Source: an uncultured Eubacteriales bacterium (lineage in GTDB: Bacteria; Bacillota; Clostridia; UBA1381; UMGS1253). From it: 64,000 bases of DNA. The position numbers were made by a program, and so were the translations under genes. The stretch's first letter is position 1. Each line of letters opens with the position of its first letter. The notes beneath the pieces were generated by a model that ran no database searches, was not told the origin of the DNA, and saw nothing but the letters and a program-made list of their open reading frames with translations. This document shows, piece by piece, positions 35,037 to 45,294 of the stretch. The stretch lies in NCBI GenBank assembly GCA_902492065.1, contig CABUKE010000002.1, forward strand, positions 131,548-195,547, given 5' to 3'.

Positions 35037-36008
35037 ATGACGAATGCAAAGCTGTGGACGGGGGAATTCCTCGGCGTTCCAACAATTGAATTTTCCTGTG
35101 GCGGGTATGAGGGTTCCTTTACGGTAGAAGGGGCAAATTTGGTGCGTTTTGAATATGTGCCCAGACACATTTTCCTTTTACATATGCCAAAGGACGAGTC
35201 TGCGCTGCGGAAACAGAAGATTTATGGTATACCGCTCCTGTTCTTTCCAAATAGAATTAAAGACGGTGTATTCCAATTTGAGGGGAAAACGTATCAATTC
35301 CCAATCAATAGCGAAAACAATATGCACATCCACGGTTTTTTGGATGGTTATACAGATTGGAAGGTTGTAAAACAAGAGGCTGGAGATAATCTTGTGAATC
35401 TTACCTTTGCGCATACCATTCAGCAGGGGAGTGAGATGTACAAGTATTTCGGCTTTGAAATCAGCATTGTGTATGAAAATATCATTACGCCGGATGGTTT
35501 GTATCAGAATATCACATTTGCAAACAAAAGCGATAAAACCATGCCGTTTGGCTTCGCTTACCATACGACGTTTAACGTTCCCTTTAACAATTCGCCGGAG
35601 GATGCGTTCCGGATTGGAATTAATTTAAAGCAACGGTATGAGCTTGATAAGTGTATCCCAACTGGACGGCTTCTGCCGCTTGACACCTTGGAAAGTCAAA
35701 CAGCCGACGAAGGTATGCCGATATTGGCGCGTACATTGGATAATTTATACCTTGCCGACGAAACACAGCCAAACACGGCTGTTATTACGGATACAAACAC
35801 GGGTGAGCAAATTGTATACGAGACCGACCGGAAGTTCCGGCACTGGATACTCTATAATGCCGATGCGAAACAGCGCTTTTTGTCCGTGGAACCACAGACG
35901 TGCTGCACCAATGCGGTAAATTCCACTATGCCGACGGCAAATCTGATAACTTTGGTCCCGGGTAAAGAAATCACCCTTACTACAAAATTGTATGTAAAAG
36001 AAAACTAA
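35037..36008 (+). CDS. aldose 1-epimerase (galactose mutarotase-like) family protein
   Basis: 323 aa. Motifs [27 protein letters not shown]. Confidence 0.7.
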   Translation: MTNAKLWTGEFLGVPTIEFSCGGYEGSFTVEGANLVRFEYVPRHIFLLHMPKDESALRKQKIYGIPLLFFPNRIKDGVFQFEGKTYQFPINSENNMHIHGFLDGYTDWKVVKQEAGDNLVNLTFAHTIQQGSEMYKYFGFEISIVYENIITPDGLYQNITFANKSDKTMPFGFAYHTTFNVPFNNSPEDAFRIGINLKQRYELDKCIPTGRLLPLDTLESQTADEGMPILARTLDNLYLADETQPNTAVITDTNTGEQIVYETDRKFRHWILYNADAKQRFLSVEPQTCCTNAVNSTMPTANLITLVPGKEITLTTKLYVKEN

Positions 36009-36030
36009 TGGATGCTTGGAGGAAAATCAT

Positions 36031-37701
36031 ATGCTGACAGATATCCAAATCGCACAGGCCGCGCATATGCTGCCGATTGAAGAAGTGGCACAGCGGGCAG
36101 GGATTCGCAAAGACGAGATTTACCAATACGGCCCGTATAAGGCCAAGCTGACCGACGCACTGAAGGAACGGGTGAAAGACAATTCCGACGGCAAGCTGAT
36201 TCTTGTTACGGCAATCAACCCGACGCCTGCGGGAGAGGGCAAAACTACGACCACAGTTGGGCTTGGACAGGCGCTGTCAAAGCTGAATAAAAATGCAGTT
36301 ATCGCCCTGCGCGAGCCATCGCTCGGCCCTGTCATGGGAATTAAGGGCGGTGCGGCCGGAGGCGGCTATTCCCAGGTTGTGCCGATGGAGGACATCAACC
36401 TGCATTTTACCGGGGATATGCACGCGATCACGGCGGCGAACAACCTGCTCTCCGCCATGGTGGACAACCATATCCATCAGGGAAATGAACTCGGAATCGA
36501 CTCGCGTACGATTGTATGGAAGCGTGTTTTGGATATGAATGACCGCGCGCTCCGGCAAGTTGTTGTCGGAATCGGCGGCAAGGCGAACGGCTTTGTCCGG
36601 GAGGACGGCTTTATGATTACAGTTGCTTCTGAGGTTATGGCGATTCTATGTCTTGCAGACGACATTGAGGATCTGCGCCGTCGGCTCGGCAACATTATTG
36701 TTGCATATAATTATGACGGCGAGCCTGTTACGGCAAAGGAGTTAAAGGCTGATGGTGCGATGACGCTTTTGCTTAAGGATGCGATACAGCCAAATCTGGT
36801 GCAGACACTGGAGAATACGCCGTGTCTGATGCACGGCGGGCCGTTTGCAAACATTGCGCATGGCTGTAACAGCGTCCAGGCGACAAAGCTCGCGCTCAAG
36901 CTCGCAGACTATGTTGTGACAGAGGCTGGCTTTGGAGCCGATTTGGGTGCGGAGAAATTTTTGGATATTAAGTGCCGCATGGCTGGTTTAAGACCGGATA
37001 TAGCGGTTGTTGTTGCAACGATACGTGCGCTTAAATACAACGGCGGAGCAGCGAAGGAAAACTTAAAAGCAGAAGACACAGATGCGCTTCGGCGCGGGCT
37101 GCCCAATCTGGAAAAGCATATTGAAAATATGCAAAAGTTTGGCCTGCCGGTCGTTGTGGCGCTCAATTTGTTCGATACCGACACAGAGGCGGAAATTGCC
37201 CTTGTCGAGGAGCTGTGCAGTAAAGTAGGTGCGCCATGTGCACGCAGCGAGGTATTTGCAAAGGGCGGAGCAGGCGGTGTCGCTCTGGCGCAGAAGGTGC
37301 TGGAGACGCTGGAAACAAAGCAGTCGCATTATGCGCCGGTTTATGATGTAAACCAAAGCATAGAGGATAAAATTCTTACGCTGACAAAGGAAATTTACGG
37401 TGGCAGCGGCGTGACATATACGCCAAAGGCAAAGAAGCAAATCAAGCAGCTCACGGAGTTAGGCTTTGACAAGCTGCCAATTTGTGTTGCCAAGACGCAG
37501 TATTCTCTTTCTGACAATCCAGCTCTGCTGGGCCGTCCGAAGGATTTCGAGATTACGGTATCAGAAGTGCGGGTTTCCGCCGGGGCTGGGTTTGTCGTGG
37601 TACAGACAGGTGATATTCTGACAATGCCCGGCCTGCCGAAGAAGCCGGCGGCCCAGAGTATCGACATCAAGCCAGACGGCGAGATTGTCGGCCTGTTTTA
37701 A
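36031..37701 (+). CDS. fhs: formate--tetrahydrofolate ligase
   Basis: ATG 36031 behind GGAGG. Motif [15 protein letters not shown]. Confidence 0.97.
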   Translation: MLTDIQIAQAAHMLPIEEVAQRAGIRKDEIYQYGPYKAKLTDALKERVKDNSDGKLILVTAINPTPAGEGKTTTTVGLGQALSKLNKNAVIALREPSLGPVMGIKGGAAGGGYSQVVPMEDINLHFTGDMHAITAANNLLSAMVDNHIHQGNELGIDSRTIVWKRVLDMNDRALRQVVVGIGGKANGFVREDGFMITVASEVMAILCLADDIEDLRRRLGNIIVAYNYDGEPVTAKELKADGAMTLLLKDAIQPNLVQTLENTPCLMHGGPFANIAHGCNSVQATKLALKLADYVVTEAGFGADLGAEKFLDIKCRMAGLRPDIAVVVATIRALKYNGGAAKENLKAEDTDALRRGLPNLEKHIENMQKFGLPVVVALNLFDTDTEAEIALVEELCSKVGAPCARSEVFAKGGAGGVALAQKVLETLETKQSHYAPVYDVNQSIEDKILTLTKEIYGGSGVTYTPKAKKQIKQLTELGFDKLPICVAKTQYSLSDNPALLGRPKDFEITVSEVRVSAGAGFVVVQTGDILTMPGLPKKPAAQSIDIKPDGEIVGLF

Positions 37702-37729
37702 GAAATTACGAAAAAGTATGGTGAAGTAA

Positions 37730-38176
37730 TTGGAACGCTATCAATCAAACAGCCGGGAAGAAACGGTAACAATTGCAGAAAATTTTGCAAAAACGCTGCA
37801 AAAGGGCGATATCGTATGCCTGTACGGCGGGCTTGGCGCAGGGAAGACAGCGTTTGTTTCCGGTGTGGCAAAAGGGCTTGGCTATCAGGGGTACACCAGC
37901 AGCCCGACCTTCACGTTGATGAATGAATATATCGCTGCGCTTCCCATATACCATTTTGACGTATACCGGATTGCCGGAAGCGACGAAATGGAGGCCGTTG
38001 GCATTGACGATTATTTGTTTGGCGACGGCGTGTGCTTAATCGAATGGCCGGACAAAATTGCGGACTTGCTCCCGGAAGCTGTTATCCGTGTGGAGATACA
38101 AAAGAGTGATAAAAACGAAAATCAGAGGATAATCACAATTGAGAGGGAGCGGGAAAATGAAACTGCTGGCGATTGA
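37730..38176 (+). CDS. tsaE: tRNA t6A biosynthesis ATPase TsaE
   Basis: 148 aa with TTG start. Motifs GGLGAGKT, SPTFTL, HFDVYR. Confidence 0.9.
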   Translation: MERYQSNSREETVTIAENFAKTLQKGDIVCLYGGLGAGKTAFVSGVAKGLGYQGYTSSPTFTLMNEYIAALPIYHFDVYRIAGSDEMEAVGIDDYLFGDGVCLIEWPDKIADLLPEAVIRVEIQKSDKNENQRIITIERERENETAGD

Positions 38177-38882
38177 CAGTTCGGCAAATGTGGCGTCGGC
38201 TGCATTGATGTCGGACGGCGTTTTGGTCGGAGAAATAAGCACGAATTATAAAAAGACACATTCCCAGACGCTGATGCCGATGATTGATGCGCTTTTGCGC
38301 TTTGTGGAAACAGATATCCAGGACATCGACCTGTTTGCGGCGGCGGACGGACCGGGTTCCTTTACCGGGCTTCGGATTGGGCTTGCAACAATAAAGGGAC
38401 TGGCACACGCGTGCAACAAGCCGGTCGTCGGCGTATCTACCCTTGCCGCACTTGCATATAATGTACCTTGTTGTGAAGGGCTTGTCGTCCCCATTATGGA
38501 CGCGCGCCGCGACCAGGTCTATACGGCAGCGTATATATGGAAAGGCAATGCGTTACAATGCATAATCGACCCTTGTGCTGTGTCGATTTATACGCTTTTG
38601 GAGAACGTAAAGGCGCAGGAGCGGCAAGCCGTATTTTTGGGCGATGGTGTAGACCGCTTCGGAGATGAAGTGCGTGCAGCACTTGGTGAGCGCGCTTCTT
38701 TTGTACCGGGTAACGCGCAGTTGCAGCGTGCTTCTTCTGTTGCGGCAGCGGCACTTGCGCGCTATGCGGAGCAAGGCGCGGTGTTGTATGATGATATTCG
38801 CCCTGTCTACCTTAGAAAGTCACAGGCTGAGCGTGAATATGAGGAAAAACTGAGAGAAACAAACCAGGAGGAACAAAAATGA
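38157..38882 (+). CDS. tsaB: tRNA t6A biosynthesis protein TsaB
   Basis: ATG 38157 (MKLLAIDSS) and GPGSFTGLRIG. Overlaps the tsaE end. Confidence 0.9.
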   Translation: MKLLAIDSSANVASAALMSDGVLVGEISTNYKKTHSQTLMPMIDALLRFVETDIQDIDLFAAADGPGSFTGLRIGLATIKGLAHACNKPVVGVSTLAALAYNVPCCEGLVVPIMDARRDQVYTAAYIWKGNALQCIIDPCAVSIYTLLENVKAQERQAVFLGDGVDRFGDEVRAALGERASFVPGNAQLQRASSVAAAALARYAEQGAVLYDDIRPVYLRKSQAEREYEEKLRETNQEEQK

Positions 38883-39313
38883 TAGCGATTGGAAGCGACC
38901 ACGGCGGTTTTGAACTGAAACGTGAGATTATTGAGTATCTTAAAAAGAAGGAGATTCCTGTTTTGGATTGCGGCTGTTACAGTCCGGATGCCGTCGACTA
39001 TCCGGATATTGCAGTTGAGGTCTGCAGTAAGGTGACAGGCGGCGAAAGCGAGCTGGGAATTTTAATCTGTGGAACCGGAATTGGAATCAGCATAGCGGCC
39101 AACAAAATGCACGGGATTCGTGCGGCGCTTTGCCACAGTACCTTTGACGGACGGATGGCGCGGATGCATAATAACGCGAATGTGCTTTGCCTCGGCGGGC
39201 GCACTACGGGCGTAAGCATTGCGCTTGATATTGTGGAAGCATTTGTCGGTGCAGAATTTGAGGGCGGACGGCATGAAAAACGTGTTGGGAAAATCATGTC
39301 CATTGAGGAATGA
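38879..39313 (+). CDS. rpiB: ribose-5-phosphate isomerase B
   Basis: 144 aa. IAIGSDHGG and CGTGIGISIAANK. ATGA overlap with the tsaB stop. Confidence 0.92.
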   Translation: MIAIGSDHGGFELKREIIEYLKKKEIPVLDCGCYSPDAVDYPDIAVEVCSKVTGGESELGILICGTGIGISIAANKMHGIRAALCHSTFDGRMARMHNNANVLCLGGRTTGVSIALDIVEAFVGAEFEGGRHEKRVGKIMSIEE

Positions 39314-39331
39314 TAGCATGGGAGGTCACAG

Positions 39332-39751
39332 ATGAACAGAAGCGAGGCTAGGTGCGAAGCGTTCAAGCTCGCATTCCAGATAACGGCACAAAAGGAATCA
39401 TACCCAGAGGTCGTAGAGCTGTTTGAAGAAGAGAACCAAGCTCTGAAAAAGTCGGATAAAAAGCAGTACTTGTATATCGTTTCGACTGCAAACGGGATAT
39501 ATGAAAAGCGCGACGCGCTCGATGAGGCAATTTCCCGCAATTTGAAGTCCGGCTGGCGGACGGAACGTCTTTCTAAGGTCAGCCTTGCGGTTTTGCGGCT
39601 GGCGGCCTATGAGCTACTCTACGCAGACGATATTCCAGATAATGTGGCAGTCAATGAGGCGGTTGAACTTGCAAAAGAATATGACATTGAGGAAGCGCCT
39701 TCCTTCATTAATGGCGTTTTAAGCGGAATTGTGAAGGAAAAACGCGGTTAG
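39332..39751 (+). CDS. nusB: transcription antitermination factor NusB
   Basis: 139 aa. Motif AVLRLAAYELLY. Confidence 0.9.
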   Translation: MNRSEARCEAFKLAFQITAQKESYPEVVELFEEENQALKKSDKKQYLYIVSTANGIYEKRDALDEAISRNLKSGWRTERLSKVSLAVLRLAAYELLYADDIPDNVAVNEAVELAKEYDIEEAPSFINGVLSGIVKEKRG

Positions 39752-39778
39752 AATCGTTATATTAGAAGGGGGAGGCAT

Positions 39779-40966
39779 GTGATGGAAGGAAAAATCTATA
39801 CGGCAACCGTTTCACAGCTGAACCGTTTTATTAAACAAATGCTCGACGGGACCTCCATTTTGAATAACATATGGGTAAAGGGAGAGATTTCGAATTTTAA
39901 ACGGCACTATACAGGTCATTGCTACCTGACGCTAAAGGATGAGGGCGGTGTTCTGAAAGCCGTTATGTTTAAGGCCAATGCGGCCCGGCTCGCTTTTGCA
40001 CCGGAAAACGGCATGAAAGTCATGGCCCGCGGGCGCGTTTCGGTCTACGAACGCGACGGTTCCTATCAGCTCTATATTGAGGAAATGCAGCCGGACGGCA
40101 TAGGTTCGTTGCATATTGCATATGAACAGCTAAAGGCACGTTTGCAGGAGGAGGGCCTGTTTGACGCGGCGAAAAAGAAACCGCTTCCTCCGTATCCAAG
40201 CACAATTGGCGTCGTAACGGCGACGACAGGGGCGGCGATTCGTGATATTATCAATATTTTGTCGCGGCGCTATCCCTGCGCAAAGGTGTTGATATATCCA
40301 ACGCTTGTACAGGGAGAAGGTGCAGCGGTCGGGATCGCCGAAGCGATTGAATATTTCAATGCCCACAAGCTTGCCGATGTGTTGATTGTGGGGCGCGGCG
40401 GCGGTTCAATTGAAGATTTGTGGGCCTTTAATGAAGAACAGACTGCACGCGCGATTTATGCCTCTGAAATTCCGATTGTTTCCGCAGTTGGACACGAAAC
40501 AGACTTTACAATTGCAGATTTTGTTGCTGATTTGCGTGCGCCGACTCCGTCGGCAGCAGCAGAGCTTGTTGTGCCGTCGGCAGTAGAGCTGCGTGAGAGA
40601 ATTTTATCCATGCGCTCGCGCATCATTACAGAGGTGCTGCATACAGTACAGATGAAACGCTCCCAAATTGAAAAAATGGCGCTTCGCAGTCCATCGGCCA
40701 AATTGGCGGACAACCGGGTGCTGCTGGACGAGCGGATCAAACACCTTGTCCGCAATATAGATTTGATTCTTGCGCGGAAACGGGAAGAGATAAAAGCCAC
40801 CGCCGGCAAATTGGATGCCATGAGTCCACTCGCCGTGTTGGGGCGCGGGTACAGCATTGCTAAAAACAAGGATGGTATGGTGATTCGGAAAACGGGCGAC
40901 GCTGTTTCCGGTATGGAATTTGAACTTCTTTTATCCGACGGCACAGCTGGGGCTAAATTTTTATAA
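39779..40966 (+). CDS. xseA: exodeoxyribonuclease VII large subunit
   Basis: 395 aa. OB-fold VKGEISNFKRHYTGHCYLTLKD and GRGGGSIEDLWAFN. Confidence 0.93.
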   Translation: MMEGKIYTATVSQLNRFIKQMLDGTSILNNIWVKGEISNFKRHYTGHCYLTLKDEGGVLKAVMFKANAARLAFAPENGMKVMARGRVSVYERDGSYQLYIEEMQPDGIGSLHIAYEQLKARLQEEGLFDAAKKKPLPPYPSTIGVVTATTGAAIRDIINILSRRYPCAKVLIYPTLVQGEGAAVGIAEAIEYFNAHKLADVLIVGRGGGSIEDLWAFNEEQTARAIYASEIPIVSAVGHETDFTIADFVADLRAPTPSAAAELVVPSAVELRERILSMRSRIITEVLHTVQMKRSQIEKMALRSPSAKLADNRVLLDERIKHLVRNIDLILARKREEIKATAGKLDAMSPLAVLGRGYSIAKNKDGMVIRKTGDAVSGMEFELLLSDGTAGAKFL

Positions 40967-41008
40967 AATTACGCATTGAAGTATTTTTTGCGAAAGGGCC
41001 GAATAAGC

Positions 41009-41242
41009 ATGAGTGATAAAAACAATTTTGAAACCAATATCAAAGAGCTGGAAGAAATTGTGGCAAAGCTTGAGAAGAACGACATTTCTCTTGACGAATC
41101 ACTGAAGTTGTTTGAGCGCGGCGTATCACTGTCCGCACAATGCAACAAACTCTTAGACGAAGCGGAACAACGGGTCAATGTCCTGCTCAAAAAAGACGGA
41201 GAAATGACAGAACAGAATTTTTTGATGGAAGATGGAGAATAA
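41009..41242 (+). CDS. xseB: exodeoxyribonuclease VII small subunit
   Basis: ATG 41009 (MSDKNNFETNIKELEEIV). Track ORF starts at 40976. Confidence 0.9.
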   Translation: MSDKNNFETNIKELEEIVAKLEKNDISLDESLKLFERGVSLSAQCNKLLDEAEQRVNVLLKKDGEMTEQNFLMEDGE

Positions 41243-42125
41243 TATGGATTTTGAAACGGTGTTTGCAAGCCGCAGGGCTGCTGTCGAGGCTGCTTTGGAA
41301 CAATATCTGCATACAGCGGATGATGTACCGCCTGAGATTTTGGAGGCAATGTGCTATAGCATTTTTGCCGGCGGAAAACGCATCCGTCCGGTGCTGCTGC
41401 TGGCAGCTTATGAGTTATTTGAATCAGATATTACGCCGGCAGTGCCTTACGCCTGCGCCCTTGAGATGATTCATACGTATTCGCTGATTCACGACGACTT
41501 GCCTGCTATGGACAATTCTGACCTGCGGCGCGGTCGGAAGACGAATCACGTCGTATACGGTGAAGCAATGGCAATTTTGGCAGGCGATGCGCTCCTCAAT
41601 TATGCGTTTGAGACTATGCTTGCCGCGCCTTTCCCAGATGCGAAGCGGGCACTTTCTGCGGTTGCCTATATGGCAAAATGTTCCGGAATTTATGGCATGA
41701 TTGGCGGACAAGTGCTCGATATCCAAAGCGAAAACAAACAAATCAGTCCATCTGACCTGCGGCGGCTGCACGAAAAAAAGACGAGCGGTCTGATTCAAGC
41801 TGCCGTATGCGGCGGCGCAATTTTGGGCGGTGCATCCCAGACTCAGGTTGCTGGGTTGGAGCTGTACGCCTGCCATCTGGGGCTCGCGTTTCAAATCAAA
41901 GACGACATTCTGGATGTAGAGGGGGACTCTGCCGCGCTTGGAAAGCCGACTGGCTGCGATGAAGAAGCCAATAAAAACACATATGTCACCCTTTATGGCT
42001 TGGAAAAAGCCCGGGAGCTTTTGCTTACGCATACGAAAACGGCATTGGATGCACTTGCTCCATTTGGCAAAAAGGCTGAATTTTTACAGGCCATGACGGA
42101 ATATTTGCTGCATAGGAATAAATAG
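41232..42125 (+). CDS. ispA: polyprenyl (farnesyl/geranylgeranyl) diphosphate synthase
   Basis: First Asp-rich motif LIHDDLPAMD and second Asp-rich motif KDDILD. ATG 41244 behind GGAG is the likelier start. Confidence 0.9.
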   Translation: MENNMDFETVFASRRAAVEAALEQYLHTADDVPPEILEAMCYSIFAGGKRIRPVLLLAAYELFESDITPAVPYACALEMIHTYSLIHDDLPAMDNSDLRRGRKTNHVVYGEAMAILAGDALLNYAFETMLAAPFPDAKRALSAVAYMAKCSGIYGMIGGQVLDIQSENKQISPSDLRRLHEKKTSGLIQAAVCGGAILGGASQTQVAGLELYACHLGLAFQIKDDILDVEGDSAALGKPTGCDEEANKNTYVTLYGLEKARELLLTHTKTALDALAPFGKKAEFLQAMTEYLLHRNK

Positions 42126-42158
42126 AGGATAGTATCCAACAGGGAGAGTAGCTATTTT

Positions 42159-42614
42159 ATGGAAGTCTTTAACGAATTGTTTTATAACCAGGTTTTATGG
42201 ACCGCTGTGCTTGCATGGGCGCTGGCGCAGGTTTTGAAGGTGGTTTTTGTTTATATTATAGACCATAGGGTGGATTTTCACCGTTTGGTCGGCGCAGGCG
42301 GTATGCCGAGCTCGCATTCGTCCTTTGTGACGTCGCTCATGATGATGGTGGGGTTTAATTCCGGTTTTCAAAGTCCGCTCTTTGCGGTCTGCTTTGTTTT
42401 TGGATTGATTGTCATGTATGACGCGTCCGGCGTCCGGCGCGCGGCTGGGAAGCAGGCGTCGATTCTGAACCAAATTATTGAACATTGGGATGAAGGGCCG
42501 CAAATCCAGGGCGAACGGCTAAAAGAGCTGCTTGGCCATACACCGTTCGAAGTGTTCGCCGGGGCAATACTGGGCATTGCAGTTGCCTGCATTATGCACT
42601 TTTTCGTATTTTAA
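42159..42614 (+). CDS. divergent PAP2 / DUF212 (YuiD-like) membrane protein
   Basis: 151 aa. Motifs GGMPSSHSSF and YDASGVRRAAGKQA. Confidence 0.8.
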   Translation: MEVFNELFYNQVLWTAVLAWALAQVLKVVFVYIIDHRVDFHRLVGAGGMPSSHSSFVTSLMMMVGFNSGFQSPLFAVCFVFGLIVMYDASGVRRAAGKQASILNQIIEHWDEGPQIQGERLKELLGHTPFEVFAGAILGIAVACIMHFFVF

Positions 42615-42636
42615 CACTATCAAGTAGGAGGAGTAT

Positions 42637-44562
42637 ATGGATACAACAATTGATAAAGTCATTTTGCTTTTTAAAACCCATCTGGATGTCGGATTCACCG
42701 ATTATGCAAGTACCGTCATTGACAATTATATACACAATTATATTCCAACGGCAATCCAGCTTGCGGATACGTTGAAAAAAAGCGGCAGGAAAGAACGCTT
42801 TGTCTGGACAGTCGGTTCGTGGATGATTGAGCGCTATTTGGAAACGACGCAGGAGGCCGAACGAACAGCTATGGAGTGTGCGCTCCGTGCAGGCGATATC
42901 AGTTATCATGCCTTTCCTTTCACGACACATACAGAGGCTATGGATGCAGGGCTTTTCTGCTATGGGCTATCCATCGCAGAAAAGCTCGACCAGCAGTTTG
43001 GAAGAACAACCATAGCCGGAAAATACACCGATGTGCCTGGGCATACAAAAGCTATGATCCCATATCTTTGTGAAAGAGGAATCAAGCTGATTCACATAGG
43101 GGTCAATCCCGCCTCCATGCCGCCGGACATTCCGGACTTTTTTGTGTGGCGTTTTGATAAAGACAGCGAGGTTACTGTCGTTTATAATAAGGGGTATTAC
43201 GGGGAGGCTTGTCGGATTCCAAACACAAACACGATTATCCATTTCGCACACACCAACGATAATTGTGGGCCGCAGAGCATTGCGGATGTTGAAGCAATTT
43301 ATGATGAAATTCGTTCTGAATACCCGAATGCAAACATCATCGCAACCGATTTGAACGGAATGGCGCGCGAGGTGCTTGCCGTTAAGGACTCGCTTCCTGT
43401 TATTACAGAAGAAATTGGTGACACATGGATTCATGGTGCAGGTACGGATCCGCGTAAGGTGAGCAACTACCGTGCACTGCTCCGGCTCGTAGGTACGCTT
43501 CCTGCAGCAGAACGTAATGTACTTTACAAGCCATTGCTTCCCATACCGGAGCATACATGGGGCATGGATGAAAAAACACATCTAAACGACTATGACACCT
43601 TTACGAAGCAAGCGCTGCAAGAAGCGCTCCAAACCGACAAATACCGGCGGTTTATGGCTTCCTGGGACGAACAGCGCAGCTACATAACGCAAGCGGTTAA
43701 TGTGCTCAGCGGAGAGGCAAAAGCGGCTGCTGAAGCAACAGTAAAAGAATATAAGATTGATGTTCCAAATTTGGATAACTATACGCCATGCGATGGGCAT
43801 ACTGATTTGCTGGTGGGTCGTTACACTGTTTCATTTGATAACGCAGGAGCTATTTCCTCACTTTCTCGCGAAGGTAAAGCAGTTTTTTCTTCTTGTCAAA
43901 TCGGTGGTTTTTCCTATCAGGTCTTTGGCTCGGAGGATTTTGACCGCTTTCAGGAGCAATATCTCACACATAAATTTGATTGGGCGTTGGAGGACTTTGG
44001 GAAAATCGGATGTGAAAAGGTATTTCGGCAGGGAAAGAATTATATTCCACGGCTAAAACAAGTCTATCAGCGTGGTACGGAGCTGCTTGTAGAGCTGGAG
44101 ATACCTGAGGAAGCCTATATGCAATTCGGTTGTCCCCGCCGAGTATTTTCTTTGTATCAGTTTAATACAAATACAATATCTATTGATGTATCGTGGTTTG
44201 ACAAGGATGCAAACCGGCTTGGAGAGGCAATATGGCTCGGCTTTCATATACCGCACACAACGTGTCTGGTTCGCAAGCTAGGAAAATGGATTGATACACA
44301 GTCCGTTATCAGCAAAGGCGGACGCACGCTGCACGCAAGCGACTTTGGCGTAAAACTGGTTAGCAATGGTGAAGCCACAAGCATTGAAAGCCTTGATACC
44401 GCGCTTGTTGCACCTGGAGCACCGTCTCTGCTGAATTTTACAGATAATTTGCCAGACCCGACACAAGGAATCGCCTTTAACTTATACAATAATATATGGG
44501 GAACAAACTTCCCAATGTGGTATCTGGAAGACGCACGGTTCCGGTTCGTGATTTCGATTTAA
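42637..44562 (+). CDS. putative glycoside-hydrolase-like protein (GH38 N-domain-like; resembles DUF5054)
   Basis: 641 aa. N-terminal ILLFKTHLDVGFTD recalls the GH38-type metal site. I see no signal peptide. The family name comes from memory only. Confidence 0.55.
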   Translation: MDTTIDKVILLFKTHLDVGFTDYASTVIDNYIHNYIPTAIQLADTLKKSGRKERFVWTVGSWMIERYLETTQEAERTAMECALRAGDISYHAFPFTTHTEAMDAGLFCYGLSIAEKLDQQFGRTTIAGKYTDVPGHTKAMIPYLCERGIKLIHIGVNPASMPPDIPDFFVWRFDKDSEVTVVYNKGYYGEACRIPNTNTIIHFAHTNDNCGPQSIADVEAIYDEIRSEYPNANIIATDLNGMAREVLAVKDSLPVITEEIGDTWIHGAGTDPRKVSNYRALLRLVGTLPAAERNVLYKPLLPIPEHTWGMDEKTHLNDYDTFTKQALQEALQTDKYRRFMASWDEQRSYITQAVNVLSGEAKAAAEATVKEYKIDVPNLDNYTPCDGHTDLLVGRYTVSFDNAGAISSLSREGKAVFSSCQIGGFSYQVFGSEDFDRFQEQYLTHKFDWALEDFGKIGCEKVFRQGKNYIPRLKQVYQRGTELLVELEIPEEAYMQFGCPRRVFSLYQFNTNTISIDVSWFDKDANRLGEAIWLGFHIPHTTCLVRKLGKWIDTQSVISKGGRTLHASDFGVKLVSNGEATSIESLDTALVAPGAPSLLNFTDNLPDPTQGIAFNLYNNIWGTNFPMWYLEDARFRFVISI

Positions 44563-44660
44563 GGTTAATTTAATACAATTTTAATAATTTGTTCTTGAAT
44601 TATTCATTCATTCATAGTATAATAAAGCTATGCAAATCAAGCAAAGGGGGGCGAAAATGT

Positions 44661-44915
44661 ATGCCTATGTATGAAACGATGAAATTTGATAATATGGAAA
44701 ACGAACGCGCAAAAGAAGTGCAGGATATTATCTGTGCGGTGTATAACGCGTTAAAGGTTAAGGGCTATAATCCAGTCAGTCAGCTTGTAGGCTACATTCT
44801 TTCCGGCGACCCGACGTATATTACAAATTACAATAATGCGAGAAGCATTATCAACCGTGTCGAACGGGATGAAATATTAGAGGAACTGGTGAAAAATTAT
44901 TTGAAAGAATTATAA
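44661..44915 (+). CDS. ireB: IreB family regulatory phosphoprotein (UPF0297)
   Basis: ATG 44661 behind AAAGGGGGG. Motifs [21 protein letters not shown] and RDEILEELV. Confidence 0.85.
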   Translation: MPMYETMKFDNMENERAKEVQDIICAVYNALKVKGYNPVSQLVGYILSGDPTYITNYNNARSIINRVERDEILEELVKNYLKEL

Positions 44916-44916
44916 T

Positions 44917-44950
44917 AAAAGCTCCGCATAAGTAATGTGCGGGGCTTTTA
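44917..44950 (+). terminator. terminator after ireB with A/T tracts on both sides
   Basis: AAAAGCTCCGCAT...ATGTGCGGGGCTTTT. Confidence 0.7.
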
Positions 44951-45099
44951 TTATGCGTCTGTTTCATGTCGGCAAAGAAATGGGGGAGTGAAAAACTTGT
45001 GTTTTTTGTAGAGAAAGTGCTGGATTATAGCCCTTAACCTTTAACAGGAATCTACTTTAAATTGATCCCTGTGCAGGATGGCGTTTGCACAGCCAAAAG

Positions 45100-45150
45100 C
45101 ATAAAAAAGTCCGCAGGAATCAAGGAGGGGCAAATTCCTGCGGAGTATTT
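45100..45150. terminator. orphan terminator-like hairpin in the non-coding spacer
   Basis: An 11-bp stem, TCCGCAGGAAT...ATTCCTGCGGA, with loop CAAGGAGGGGCAA. AAAAAAG precedes it (a U tract if read on -) and GTATTTTAA follows it. Confidence 0.45.
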
Positions 45151-45167
45151 TAACGGCCAAATAAGAT

Positions 45168-45195
45168 TTGACCGGAAATACTGTTTTTTTATAGT
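45168..45195 (+). promoter_or_regulatory. putative sigma-A promoter for the 45295 gene
   Basis: TTGACC, 16-nt spacer, TATAGT. Confidence 0.45.
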
Positions 45196-45238
45196 ATCAG
45201 TCTATGATGCGGCTGAAAATCGGTGACAGATTTTTTGT

Positions 45239-45266
45239 AATTTACCATAAAAGTTTTATGTAAATA
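45239..45266 (+). repeat. dif/cer-like palindromic site, copy B
   Basis: AATTTACCATAAAAGTTTTATGTAAATA. Matches the reverse complement of 50689-50716 at 24 of 28 positions. Lies 28 nt upstream of GTG 45295. Confidence 0.8.
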
Positions 45267-45294
45267 AAAAACCGAAACAAAAGAGGGGAGTCAA

